64,000 nt of DNA from Haliotis rubra (lineage: Eukaryota): positions 806,001 to 870,000 of the forward strand of contig NW_025766973.1 of assembly GCF_003918875.1 (NCBI RefSeq). The letters run 5' to 3'. Under the pieces are notes generated by a model that did not search any database, was not told the DNA's origin, and worked only from the letters and a program-made list of their open reading frames with translations. Positions 11,101 to 22,700 of this stretch are shown here, piece by piece. Positions within the stretch are counted from its first letter, which is position 1. Every line of letters begins with the position of its first letter. The translations under genes and the position numbers were made by a program.

Positions 11101-12882
11101 AAAGAACATCACTCACAGCTACAAACATTTAACTTTCTTTGTTTTTATAAACAAGCAGTGGAGCATGATGTGATATTGCAAATCTTGTGTACAGATATCT
11201 TGTCCCTGCCCCACAACTGCCTCCGTGGTGTAGTGGTTAGAGCATCTGACCGGGAGTGAAAGGTCGTGGCTTTGATCCCCGGCAGCGTCATACCAAAAGA
11301 TGTTAAAATATGGTACTTGTTGTTCCCTACCTAGCGCTCGGCATCAATGGGTACAACAAGGACTGGTCGGCTCGGAGTCAGTATAATGTGTCTGAGTGGG
11401 GTATTCATACTTAACTGCAGCATGGTATCTCAGTGAGCTAGCACTATAACACCAGCTAGTCTGGGCTAGTACAAGCAGCCACACATACACACGCATGCAC
11501 GTCATATGAGTGAAATGTGTATGACATTAAACCCCTTTTCACCTCACCTCACCTTTCCCCACAGGTTCACTGACATCACTCCCATGGGTATGGAGCGCGA
11601 AGGTCACTGTCGGGGTGGAGTGCAGCAGCAGAAACCAGACGGCTTCACCAAGAGCACCTCTGTCCACGTGAACGGTGCTGACATCAACACCACAGATACG
11701 CTGCGGCGTCTTGAGCCATATGTTTCCAGGTGAGTACCCTGAGATCACAGTCATCATACAAGCATCATCATGTATATAGAAAGTAAAAACAATTATCACA
11801 CATTACTATGAAGACTGCTTTAGTCACTGGTCTAGAGCTAATGTAGGCATAGAGACTGCTAGAGTACTTTTGTGAGTTCAACATTAACCACTTGTCTGGC
11901 ACCTGCTTAAATACTCTTGTAAGGTCAACATTAACACTACTCTGAAACCTACTTATGGTACTTCAGTAACTACGTAGTTTGGACTGACTGACTGAGTTTG
12001 GTTTTACGCCGCTTTTAGCAATATTCCAGCAATATCACGGCGGGGGACACCAGAAATGGGCTTGGGCGTGAGGGGCGAACGCTTTAACCACTAGGCTACC
12101 CCACCGCCCCCGTAGTTTGGAGCTTACATACCTTACACTAGCTTGACATTCACTGAAATTATCCGTAGAGAGATGATTATAGCCTCAGCATGTAAACTGA
12201 AACTTGCCTGTATGTTCAGATATTCTTAAAATGATGCTGAATTTCGTGAATATGAAACTAGCAGTTCATGGAAAACGAGGCGGGTAATCAGTTCATGATT
12301 GTTGAATGGGGTAAAATAAGCAAGCCAGTTTGTTGACATGTGATTGTCTAGCTACATTAGCGAAACAAAATATATTTTCCATTTTCTGTCAACTACACTC
12401 GATGCGTGAGTAGACGCAATATGGTTGTGAATTCTTTGAATAAGGTGGACCAAGGTTATAATTTTTGGTAACTGCCAGTTGTCTGTGGTCTGTGTTTGCC
12501 GCGATTCGCATCGCAGGGGATCGGCTTATGTACGAAACATACCATTTTGACACTGATTTTAAGGGTCAAGTTTGAGGGTCGGCTTATCTATGGTAATATA
12601 CGGTAAGTGTGAATAAGGAATATTTTAAAGAGGTTATTCATACTTGTGTATAATATTTACATTTCACGAACATTTTTTTAATATTTTGTTACGTGTGATA
12701 TTCAGCCATGTTTGAATGCATGACATGTTAAAGAGAGGTAAGAAGAAATTAACACTTGATGAATATAATGAAATTTGTTCCTGTCATTTTTCAGGAGTAT
12801 CAAGGCAAGGGATGTGTTTTATGATGATCATCTCCACGATGCTAAATCTCAAAGGCTCACAAGGTCAGCCCTGGTGCACTGA
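1914..12882 (+). CDS. PPP1R32: Protein phosphatase 1 regulatory subunit 32 / SAXO4 (ciliary microtubule-associated protein), 11 coding exons, ~460 aa, one frameshift in assembly
   Basis: N-terminus MGPLPKG...KFYVTQNSTTYG...GRHTGTGYKSNFRP...LDEVDNP matches recalled human PPP1R32 (MGKLPLG...KFYATSYCTAYG...GSHVGTGYKSNFQP...LDNP). GT-AG exons: 1914-2143, 2926-3080, 4296-4418, 5463-5523, 6756-6868, 7729-7800, 9649-9750, 10382-10485, 10824-10994, 11565-11729, 12795-12882. Phases are consistent except one extra A at 3048-3053. Confidence 0.88.
2161..2397 (-). mobile_element. Family B short retroposon (no tRNA head seen)
   Basis: GACCCATGAAG...GCTTGTCGTAAGAG(A/G)C..CTAA...GCTGGAA..GTGCGGTGTTAAACAAC; TSD TCTTTAAGTG; recurs throughout the window. 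Confidence 0.75.
2926..3080 (+). CDS. PPP1R32: PPP1R32 coding exon 2 (contains +1 frameshift)
   Basis: TTTTCAG|T RICGDNYITMTTKDFQPYKENTGMEPLPQSTHHTGSGFVRQK; donor GAG|GTAAGT. Confidence 0.85.
4296..4418 (+). CDS. PPP1R32: PPP1R32 coding exon 3
   Basis: VQGVFVDTRAASAPADILPRGKPLLHKLKPKDPVELENNGY; TGTAG| ... |GTAAGT. Confidence 0.85.
5110..5280 (+). mobile_element. Family B retroposon, degenerate
   Basis: GATCGATGCTCATGCTGTTGATCACTGGATT..CTGGTCCAGACTC core and tail. Confidence 0.65.
5463..5523 (+). CDS. PPP1R32: PPP1R32 coding exon 4
   Basis: GPKSMVSETHERFKGQQGNH; ATTCAG| ... |GTAAGT; phase 0 to 1. Confidence 0.8.
5735..5910 (+). mobile_element. L2-type LINE 3' end
   Basis: GLKTYLF* followed by GCTTTGAG...GCGCTATACAAAT..TTATTGTTATTAT tail. 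Confidence 0.6.
5916..6080 (+). mobile_element. Family A tRNA-derived SINE
   Basis: A box TAGCCTAGTGG, B box GGTTCAATTCC, (ACTC)n tail, TSD TATTATAATCCTG. Confidence 0.9.
6756..6868 (+). CDS. PPP1R32: PPP1R32 coding exon 5
   Basis: DPNQLTVGPQQDTGFTHSYSVEPVTYQPMSAFKNEQP; TTTCAG| ... |GTATGT. Confidence 0.85.
7729..7800 (+). CDS. PPP1R32: PPP1R32 coding exon 6
   Basis: GYFTNRPTGISVMKTSFLPTEYPR; TTACAG| ... |GTAAGC. Confidence 0.85.
7995..9495 (-). mobile_element. V-domain-type tRNA SINE split by a DNA transposon (head 9213-9495, tail 7995-8057)
   Basis: tRNA head, then GTCATACCAAAAGACGTTAAAATATGGTAC (V-domain-like). The halves rejoin at TA when compared with the copy at 11217-11516. Confidence 0.75.
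8058..9211. mobile_element. Non-autonomous Tc1/mariner-pogo-type DNA transposon
   Basis: 21-bp perfect TIRs CCGTATATGACCGTCTATAAG, TA TSD, internal ~190-bp duplication (8545-8950). Confidence 0.85.
9649..9750 (+). CDS. PPP1R32: PPP1R32 coding exon 7
   Basis: GKEPLPNLAAPSDHDSGFTRERAKPLYVHRRMGD; TTTTCAG| ... |GTGAGT. Confidence 0.85.
10050..10154. mobile_element. ~105-125 bp Harbinger-like MITE (similar copies ~24007-24131, 38125-38225, 53589-53696, 58889-58997)
   Basis: GGCC-starting TIRs, CWG flanks, conserved GTCGTAAG/TTAGCGCTA palindromic core. Confidence 0.65.
10382..10485 (+). CDS. PPP1R32: PPP1R32 coding exon 8
   Basis: AYDKAGDIPNMKLDKTLKRDPTEFINMHHPDNHS; TTACAG| ... AG|GTCAGT. Confidence 0.85.
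10486..10790. repeat. 10-bp tandem repeat (AGTACATGTC/AGTACAAGCC)
   Basis: Directly visible; fills most of the 338-bp intron. Confidence 0.95.
10824..10994 (+). CDS. PPP1R32: PPP1R32 coding exon 9
   Basis: VSMNVYRGLQNPPPSEAGRLGRTATGQQEASGYSNNSDRFIQTSDDPRRFLTHYMT; CCCCAG| ... AG|GTAGAG. Confidence 0.85.
11217..11516 (+). mobile_element. V-domain-type tRNA SINE
   Basis: Reverse complement of 9213-9495 plus 8030-8057. Confidence 0.8.
11565..11729 (+). CDS. PPP1R32: PPP1R32 coding exon 10
   Basis: FTDITPMGMEREGHCRGGVQQQKPDGFTKST...LRRLEPYVS; CCACAG| ... AG|GTGAGT. Confidence 0.85.
11982..12110 (-). mobile_element. Family A SINE, internally deleted
   Basis: Head and tail present, middle missing; TSD CGTAGTTTGGA. 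Confidence 0.85.
12277..12603 (-). mobile_element. Fragment of the same DNA transposon as 8058-9211, inverted
   Basis: Reverse complement of ~8058-8400, ending ATATACGG-TA. Confidence 0.8.
12795..12882 (+). CDS. PPP1R32: PPP1R32 last coding exon
   Basis: SIKARDVFYDDHLHDAKSQRLTRSALVH*; TTTTTCAG|; TGA 12880-12882. Confidence 0.8.
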
Positions 12883-14195
12883 TTACTTCCTGGATGTCAA
12901 GAACACTGTCCGTCCAAACTGTGATATTGTCTTTATTGTGAATGTGCACACTGTTGAGTTTTTATAGAAATATAGGTCATCATTGTTTTGTTAACTTGTA
13001 TATTTTGAAGTCTACACCATTTGTTATGCAAAACCCTTCAGTTGAGGATTTTGCTTTATAAGTAAAAGTAATCGGATTACTTTGATATATTTCATTATAA
13101 TATATAATAGAAATGGAAAGGTTTTAAGGAATGCAAATCATTTAGGAATGTGTTTTGGCAATATAAAGTTCTATAGTTAAAAACAATATCTACAATTTGA
13201 TACTATACATATATTTTGCATTATGAAACCTTTTACACTTTCGTGCCAAACAACTTTTCGAAAGTTTGGCTTCTTAAATTTGTTTGTTAAGTGTTGGAAT
13301 TAGTAAAACCTGCACATCCTGACAATGCAATAGAGAAGAGCACAGCATTTGAAAGTATTGAACTGTTAACAGTGAAACTGCTGTCTTTGCAAAACCATCA
13401 CTTTCACAGTTCACTATGTACATAGATCTCAAGGTCATATCTTGTATTTGTAATTATTGTATACAGTGTGAAAGTGTGAAACATATAGTGGTAATTACAC
13501 AAATAATTTCTTTTTGCTCAATATTCTGATAATGATGTAGTTTTACATGGCCATTTTAGAGAAACTGTATATAAAACTGTGATAAAACTTTCTAAAACAG
13601 TTTCTCTCAAAGTGCAGTTTATCTAGAGAACTGTAATGTGTCAATTTAATCCAACTCTTTGCTCATTCATGCCATACAGCTGGAACCTTTACAGGGTGAT
13701 TTATTGTATTTTTAATGATTTATGTTTTAATTCTAACATTTTAACTCAGTGATATAAGATCTGTTTGGAAGATTTCCTCATGGATGTTGAAATATTTCCT
13801 GATTTAGCTCAATTTTATACATTATTGTCTACCTTTTCAACCTTATTTACAGATGTATTTTAATTGTCATCAGTATTAGAGGAATTTGATTTACAAGTGG
13901 TTTGTATCTAAGGCTGTCACATGCACACACAGAGCATTTTTTCTTTTATGAAATTAATTATGTTCTCAAATGTAGACTGAGGTCTAATGCCCAGCTTCTG
14001 ACTTGTGATGTTGAAATTGTACCTGGGCAAAAGTCTGTGTACTTTCTGTAATCAATAACTGCTGAATTGATATACATAGTCAGAGCAGCTAGCAATTAAA
14101 TTTGATGGGGCTGCCATTTTGCAAGAGCATAGTCCCCCTTTAAGATAGCTATGTGAAGATTACTAGATGAAGTCATGAATGTTTGTCTTTTCTGG

Positions 14196-14232
14196 AATAA
14201 AGTGGGTCTTTGTATGTCTGTATGGCAATAAA
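14196..14232 (+). terminator. Candidate polyadenylation signals of PPP1R32
   Basis: AATAAA at 14196-14201 and 14227-14232 after a ~1.3 kb AT-rich 3' UTR-like tract. Confidence 0.4.
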
Positions 14233-14234
14233 TC

Positions 14235-14386
14235 ACGGAACACACATAGATTGAATTGTTCATTTAAAACAGCTTCCACAGGAGAGTGAAATCAAGCACT
14301 AGAAGATATTACGGAACACACATAGATTGAATTGTTCATTTAAAACAGCTTCCACATGAGAGTGAAATCAAGCACTAGAAGATATC
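14235..14386. repeat. 76-bp direct duplication
   Basis: ACGGAACACACATAGATTG...CTAGAAGATAT occurs twice, nearly identical. Confidence 0.9.
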
Positions 14387-14902
14387 ACTGGTATGTAAGT
14401 GCACCACTATGTATTGCAGACCACTGTGACATCATCGGTTACCATGAATTCTGTTCTGGAAAACAAATGTGAAGTTCTGGTGGACTAAGGCCATTTCTTC
14501 TTCAGCCAAAGTTCATCAACTGGTGATAAGGATTACTGGTTGCTTAATCAGAACTAGCTGTTATATTTTCTACACAAATGGGCACAGTCGGTACCATTGT
14601 CCAAGGTGCTGTCATTTGCTGTGTAGGGCTGCATTCCTTAGCCATACTAGTGGGTTTGAATCTGAGATTTGACCTGATTATGATTCTTGGTTTGCCTGCA
14701 CCATACCCATGTTGGTTTCACCAAAGTGGTAAATGTCTCTACCAGGCCTTCTCACCACATTACACTGACGCAGACATAAACCAGGCAAATCACCAGTATA
14801 ACTTCACCCACCCTGATGATCATGACTTGTGGAGCACACTGCCTGTTATGACTGCAGTCCATAAACTTAATCCCTTCACAGTTTCTAGGTTTGTGATGCA
14901 CC

Positions 14903-15240
14903 ATAATAATAATGAGAATATTTATAACGCGCCCTTTTCAAGTGCACAATCTGATCATGATTACCCCAGATAACGCAAGCTGCCTGTGAGGTGCTAGCAG
15001 GTTAATGATCACATGACTAATCCCACCAGGTACCCATTTCCTGCTGGGTGAACAAAGGCAATTTTGAACAAACTTATTTGCCTAAGGTGAGAACACGTGT
15101 TTCGTTGTGAGGCAGGACTGAAGTCCGAGAAACTCTCAGGAGTCAAGCTGTCAAACATGGTCACCCATCCAAGGACTCTCTGCGCCCAACGTTGCTTAAC
15201 TTCAACTGATTGTGAACGGAGTTCTTTGCACAGGACCACA
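14903..15240 (-). mobile_element. 5S rRNA-derived SINE with Deu/Nin-like core and L2-like tail
   Basis: GAAGTTAAGCAACGTTGGGCG..AGTCCTTGGATGGGTGACC (5S box A to box C), TTCACCCAGCAGGAAATGGGTACCTGG (Deu/Nin-like), GCGCGTTATAAAT..(ATT)n tail. Confidence 0.75.
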
Positions 15241-16143
15241 CACTCCCACCACCCATGCTCCACACGTCCCCACCACGCATGCTCCACACACCCCCACCAC
15301 GCATGCTCCACACACCCCCACCACCCATGCTCCACACTACCCCACCACCCATGCTCCACACACACCCACCACCCATGCTCCACACACACCCACCACCCAT
15401 GCTCCACACACACCCACCACCCATGCTCCACACACACCCACCACCCATGCTCCACACACACCCACCACCCATGCTCCACACTACCCCACCACCCATGCTC
15501 CACACTACCCCACCACCCATGCTCCACACACACCCACCACCCATGCTCCACACACCCCCACCACCCATGCTCACACACACACCCACCACCCATGCTCACA
15601 CACACCCCCACCACCCATGCTCCACACTACCCCACCACCCATGCTCCCACACACACCCACCACCCATGCTCCACACACCCCCACCCATGCTCCACACACA
15701 CCCCCACCCATGCTCCACCCCCCATATGCTACCCACCCCCTCCACACCCCCACCCATGCCCCCCACCCCCACTCCACACACCCCACCACCCATGCTCCAC
15801 ACACCCCCACCATCCATGCTCCACACACACACACACACACCACCCATGCTCCACACACCCCCACCACCCATGCTCCACACACCCCCACCATCCATGCTCC
15901 ACACACCCACCATCCATGCTCCACACACCCACCACCCATGCTCCCACACACCCCCACCATCCATGCTCCACACCCCCACCACCCATGCTCCACACACCCA
16001 CCATCCATGCTCCACACCCCCACCATCCATGCTCCACACACCCCCACCACCCATGCTCCACACACCCCCACCATCCATGCTCCACAGACACACACACACA
16101 CCACCCATGCCCCACACACACCCACCACCCATGCTCCACACCC
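15240..16143. repeat. ~24-bp C/A-rich minisatellite (CACCCATGCTCCACACACCCCCAC)
   Basis: Directly visible. Confidence 0.95.
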
Positions 16144-16207
16144 ATACTCATGGTTGTCACTTTGGGCTTTTCTCCAACATTAAGCTGACATGTTGTGATA
16201 TAAATGG

Positions 16208-16318
16208 ACTGACTGACTGACTGAGTTTAGTTTTACGCCGCTTTTAGCAATATTCCAGCAATATCATGGCGGGGGACACCAGAAATGGGCTTCACACATT
16301 GTGCCCATGTGGGGAATC
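16208..16318 (-). mobile_element. Family A SINE, 5'-truncated
   Basis: (AGTC)n tail; TSD GATATAAATGGA. Confidence 0.85.
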
Positions 16319-16434
16319 GATATAAATGGAACACTGTTACATGTGACGTTAAACTCAACTCACTCACACACTATCCCAAACTGACAACTCCATAAACAAG
16401 ACAAGAGCAGCACAGCTGTCAATCACATTAAAAC

Positions 16435-16440
16435 TTTATT
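16435..16440 (-). terminator. Candidate distal poly(A) signal of DAGLA
   Basis: AATAAA on the - strand at the end of an ~8.8 kb U-rich, SINE-poor tract. Other AATAAA hexamers exist nearer the stop. Confidence 0.3.
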
Positions 16441-17946
16441 TCATATAAACCAAATATTGAGGACAAACTGATGGCTGCATTCCTATACACAGACTCCAAA
16501 TCCTACCGAGAACAGGCAAACTTTTAACAAAATCAGAAAAGCTGGTAAACGAGGACATGACAACTCTCTGAGTTAATACATATAAACTCTTTCTTCATAA
16601 ACAAGGATGTATCAGACTCATTGACTTAGATGTTACATTGGTATTATCAAATTTTGTAATAAATAATACAGTTTTTTATGTAATACATAGAAATAAATGA
16701 ACGTAGATATATCGCAAAAAAGGACAATCAAAGTTCGCATAGTAATTTTCATAATACAGTTTTTTAACTACATATGGCTAAAAACAAATTCTGTGTATGA
16801 ACTCTGTTGTGATGACTTTGATAACAGATATATTTCTGCATACAATCAATCTGTAGGCGACATCATCCTCTGAATGCACCTTGTATCTATCTAAAGTTGA
16901 CACTACCATATTTGATGATAGACGATTGAAGAAGCATAATTTTGTTATCCATACAATGAATGCAATTCGGTTTTATCAGATTGAAACCTAATTGTAAAGG
17001 AATGATTGTGACTATCAGTCTATACAGACCATGTAGAACACTTTTCTAGGGCATATCTGAAGCATTCATCACAGATTTCTTCAAGATCTAACTCAATAAA
17101 TTAAGTTAAACACTTTAACCAGGTACACATCTTCACTTCAAGATTTACAAATTAAAAAAAAAAGAAAATTGTAAAAATGATTAACTTTAGCTTCATATGT
17201 AAAGCACGGGAATACTTCTCTAAAATCTGCTAAAGGGCTTTCACATATTTACATCAGTGATCATAAAACTTGTTTTTGTAAACTCTGATCTCGTAATAAT
17301 AATTCATATAAAATAATATATGTTATTAAATCTCTACATATTTCATCTCATTAACCCGCCTGTCCTCTTAAAATCCATTCAAGCATGTCAAAATAAAACA
17401 TGTAAAATACAGCAAGCCATATAAATGTCAATAAAACAAAATAACAAGTTCTGCACGTAACAATGGCAAAAATAGGTTTAACAGATTTCGATGCTTTGTC
17501 CTTAGATCTGCATATACATAGAAAACAAAGGTTGATCGTTGACTGGCAATGGCACACATGAATGAAACATATAGGAAAACTGACTGTTTCTTGTTAAATA
17601 GTTGACCAAGGAGGATCATATTCATTACATATTTATTCCATGCTTGTCCAAATAATCTTGAGACTTAAGTAGTGTGGTGCATGCCAATTTTCAAATGCCT
17701 GATCAAAATCTGCTTGTTGATTTTTACAGTATTCTACGCATGTAGCGGCCCCTCCTTAATAATCACCCCCTACTAAAAATACATGGCTATGCACCCCCAA
17801 CCCCACCTCCAATTAATAAAGGTTCTTGTTATCAGGACTGGTGTACATGTACCGGTATATACCATGCATGAGCCCAGAAGTAAGCCGGTATGTGCAATCG
17901 ACAATACCTGTTGATTGACTGTTTTGTGTGATTTTAAACCCCTTCC

Positions 17947-18460
17947 TATATTCTGTTTGCAGTGAAAATGTACTGATGGATTTCACTTTAAACAAAAATG
18001 TAAATCAAATAAAGTGAAATTAAGATTGCGAATCCTTATAATTTTACCTTGCCAATTGAACATTTAAATCTCAAAATTTTATTCAACTTAGGATAAAAGT
18101 TGTTTAACAAACGATCATAGATTCAAATCGCTATTACTGGTTTGTATTACAATGGGGTAAGCGCAGTAGTTGGAACAGTGAAACAAATGCAAGTGCGGTA
18201 CGTGAAGAGCGTTAACTTATAACACATCAGTGTTTCATTTGATGTGCATACCCCCTTGTAATACAAACCAATAATAGTGATGTGAAACTATGATCGTTTG
18301 TTAAACAACTTTTTTCTTAAGTTGAATAAATTCTGAGATTTAAATGTTCAATTGGCAAGGTAAAATCATGAGGATTCGCAATCTTTAATTTCACTTTATT
18401 TGTTTTAATTTCGGTTTAAAGTGACATTCATCGGTACGTTTCCACTGCAAACAGATTATA
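17947..18460. mobile_element. Foldback/MITE-like palindrome with ~220-bp arms
   Basis: 17947-18165 is an imperfect reverse complement of 18246-18460; TA-flanked. Confidence 0.85.
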
Positions 18461-19544
18461 ATAAGAGCCCCACTTGCCTGGGATATGTTAGGTGCCCCTT
18501 TTGGATTTTAATTAACTAAGCATCTGGGCTGCAAAATACATCGAATAGTTATTTCAACATGTAGTTGCCATATTATTGAACATCAGCAACATGTTCATCA
18601 TCACCAGTATCATCATGCCTGTTAGCAGTAAGACTTTGATGATGATTTTAGAAAGTTAATTTGCAATTTCTTATTTTTTCCCATTTTCACACAATGCCAT
18701 TACATCATGATATATTTCATTCATATGTGTGACCAACTGCTATAGTTTATATTGCACCAGGCTAACACTTGAAACCAATCAGTGTTAACATTATGCAACA
18801 ACGTAATCATATGCTCAGAAAACAATTATACAAAAAGAAAACTGGCATAAATTATGACTGAAATCGATTTGAAATGTACACGTTCATCTCCATTACATGG
18901 AAATAATTTCAGGATATGAATGTTTGAAATGCATTCTGTATTTACACACTACTGTAACAGTCAATATCAACAATACCTTTTACGGAAATATATACCATCT
19001 ATTGAGTGTAAAATATTTGTAGAATGATATAAATCCACAGGCTACATCAAATTTGGAAAATTTTAAAAGCAGAGAAATCTAATATACAATTATTATTGAA
19101 TAAAAGTGTTATAATAAATCAATATTTGATAATTTACAGTTATCAAATTTGCGGACATACACATTCAGGTATAAAACATGACACATCATTGGGGAGCAAG
19201 GTTAAATAGATGCTAAATGAAGACAAAGATGTATAAATTTCTTTCTATGAAATAAAAGCTTGATACTACATTAAACACTGTATAAAGGTCTTATATTGTT
19301 AAAAGGGACAATGAATTATTCATAGTGATAGTATAACCCATGTGTCATGATCACATCTGAAACAGAATATCTACTGAAAATGCTGATCACATTTCAATGG
19401 TAATGTCTACGAGTTTGGAAGTAATTGGGTATAAGATGAAATACATTATTGTCTGTTCATAAATGACTTGTTCTAAAAGGTGTTGAGATTCCAACGAGGA
19501 TAAATGAGCTAATTCAGGTTTTAGTATGCCATTTTGCATAAATG

Positions 19545-19918
19545 ATTATTACTCGCCCGTGGAAGATACTGCAGTGTAATATTTTTCCGGCAAAATTACA
19601 CCAGTGTAATACCGCTAGACGCATGACGTCATAATGGTTACAGGTATGACATCACAATGCTAATGCCTCTGTCGCAATGGTATTAGACCTGGCTTGACTC
19701 GCGGAAATATTGATATGAGAGTCATCACATTGTAGGCAGTTTCTATCAATTTATGTTTCTAGAGTAATAAACAGAATACTAAACTCGCTTCCGTGAAATA
19801 CCATTTTTATCAAACTAATGAAAGATTTAGTATCAAACTTGCTTTCGCTCGTTTGATACCAAATCATTAACTCGTTTAATAAGATTGGTATTACACAGGT
19901 CGTTTAGTATCCTCTATA
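19545..19918. mobile_element. Non-autonomous DNA element with ~150-bp terminal hairpin (class uncertain)
   Basis: 19765-19915 folds back around GCTTTCGCTC. Confidence 0.45.
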
Positions 19919-21139
19919 TATCCTGTTGATGACATTTCACTCTTAGATCAGTGAGTAGACTGTCGAGAACTAGCCTTGTTTAATGCCCACCACATGCAGT
20001 GTTGAGACTAAACCACACTGAACTTCCTGAGGAGAGTTGCCAAATACTTCTACAGTACCCAATGTAAGATCAGCAGACTTGAAGTTGATACATCTTTATC
20101 TGCAGCTGGATCAACACAGAAGTTCAGTGATAGGAATCTGAGCACAGAGTCTATAGACGGTGTTATACAATAAAGCAAACACCAGCTACTGACCTTTCTT
20201 AGTAAAGGTACACCTTCTACCATGCTCATGTTTCTTACCATATTCCGCTGGATTTCATATCTACGTGGAATATGGAGACAAAGACCTTATTTCTAATATT
20301 TTTTGTAAATAGCTCATTTCTGTTACCAAGTTATCAACAATATTAACAAAAATACATATTTCAAAATTATGTTAAAGATGCAACCTCCCATATCTACTGA
20401 ATTCAACTTGAGTACCCAATCACATATGTACATATATCAATACTTTGTGAAACAGTGTTTACTTGAAAATCTGCCAACAAGATATGTATACTATATTTAA
20501 AGCTAATTCTTTTTCCATAATCTGGAAAACATATCTTTGATCAACACCAGTAGATATAACGCCTGCATTTGACACATAAACACATGGTTGTGTAAACAAT
20601 TTGCATCTGGTATACAAAATGTCATGTGTTCTCTATAATTCAATACTGTATGCATCTTGTATGAATTTTTTATGCCAGACCAATAAAATGATCATAAGGA
20701 GGCAAAGAATACAATTTAAGTAACCTTTTAGCATATAAAAAAGCAAGAAATTATTTGCTGCTAGGTACCTATTAGCATTTTTCTTGTACTAATCAGAGAC
20801 AAAAGACTTGGAGATATGTGTTTTGAAGAAAAAATGCTAACAGGTGAAATTACTCCTGAGAGTTGAACAACAAAAGTATTTTACCTGACACAGCCTCACA
20901 CTAAATTACTCCGATGCTCTACCAAGTTAAGACAACCCTAGTTTATGTATATGGACGTCTAATGTTTTTAATGTGTCGAATACAGCATGTATTGGATTAT
21001 AGTGCACACGAGACGAAGCAAAGAAAACATTACGATGGCACTGAAACTGCAACGTACATAAACATTGAGCAATCAAGAATATAAGGCTTGGGGAAGAGTG
21101 GGGTAACTAAGAGAATTGCAAAACACAACTGTTAAGACG

Positions 21140-22700
21140 TTCCTTCCCATGATCCTTATACCTTCCTAAGATCCATATTGCATACCATGATCCAATTACC
21201 TTCCTAGGATCCACACACCTTCCCATGATCCATTACCTTCCCCTGATCCAATTATCTTCCCACGATCCACACACCTTCCCATGATCCATTACCTTCCCAT
21301 GATCCAATTACCTTCATATGATCCATACACACTCCCACGATCCAATTACCTTACTAGGATCCACACACCTTCCCATGATCCAATTATCTTATGATCCTTA
21401 CACACTTCCATGATCCAATTACCTTCCTAGGATCCACACACCTTCCCATGATCCAATTATCTTCAAATGATCCATACACACTCCCATGATCCAATTACCT
21501 TCCTAGGATCCATACACCTTCCCATGATCCAATTACCTCCCCATGATCCAATTATCTTCTTATGATCAATACACCTTCCTATGATCCAATTACCTTCAAA
21601 TGATCCATACACACTCCCATGATCCAATTACCTTTCTAGGATCCACACACCTTCCCATGATCCAATTATCTTCAAATGATCCATACACACTCCCATGATC
21701 CAATTACCTTCCTAGGATCCATACACCTTCCCATGATCCAATTACCTCCCCATGATCCAATTATCTTCTTATGATCAATACACCTTCCTATGATCCAATT
21801 ACCTTCAAATGATCCATACACCTTCCTATCATCCAATTACCTTCCTAGGATCCATACACCTTCCTATGATCCAATTACCTTCAAATGATCCATACACACT
21901 CCTATGATCCAATTACCTTCCCATGATCCAATTATCTTCTTATGATCAATACACATTCCTATGATCCAATTACCTTCCCATGATCCAATTACCTTCAAAT
22001 GACCCATACACCTTCCTATGATCCAATTACCTTCAAATGATCCATACACACTCCCATGATCCAATTACCTTCCTAGGATCCATACACCTTCCCATGATCC
22101 AATTACCTTCAAATGATCCATACACACTCCTATGATCCAATTACCTTCCTATGATCCATACACCTTACCTTCAAATGATCCATGATCCATACACACTCCT
22201 ATGATCCAATTATCTTCAAATGATCCATACACAATCCCATGATCCAATTACCTTCCTAGGATCCACACACCTTCCCATGATCCAATTATCTTCAAATGAT
22301 CCTAGGATCCACACACCTTCCCATGATCCAATTACCTTCCTATATGATCCTTCCCATGATCCAATTATCTTCCCATGATCCAATTACCTTCCTAGGGCCC
22401 TTACACCTTCCCATGATCCAATTATCTCTCATGATCCATACACACTCCCATGAGCTAATTACCTTCCTAGGATCCACACATCTTCCCATGATCCATAACC
22501 TTCCCATGATCCATTACCTTCCCATGATCCAATTACCTTCCTAGGATCCATACACCTCCCCATGATCCAATTATCTCTCATGATCCATACACACTCCCAT
22601 GATCAATTACCTTCCTAGGATCCATACACCTTCCCATGATCCATTACCTTCCTACGATGTACATGCCTTTTTTATGAGTCAAATGCTCTCCCACGATCCA
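21140..22700. repeat. ~19-20-bp minisatellite (CCATGATCCAATTACCTTC / GATCCATACACCTTC)
   Basis: Directly visible. Confidence 0.95.

Noticed and set aside
14578-14973. 131-aa ORF downstream of PPP1R32
   Set aside because: No recognisable homology; it overlaps a SINE tail.
14903-15240. Functional 5S rRNA gene
   Set aside because: Similarity stops after box C and continues into a SINE core and tail; the 5' part is diverged.
15009-16220. His/Pro-rich and Gly/Trp-rich ORFs in six frames
   Set aside because: Low-complexity 24-bp repeat artefact.
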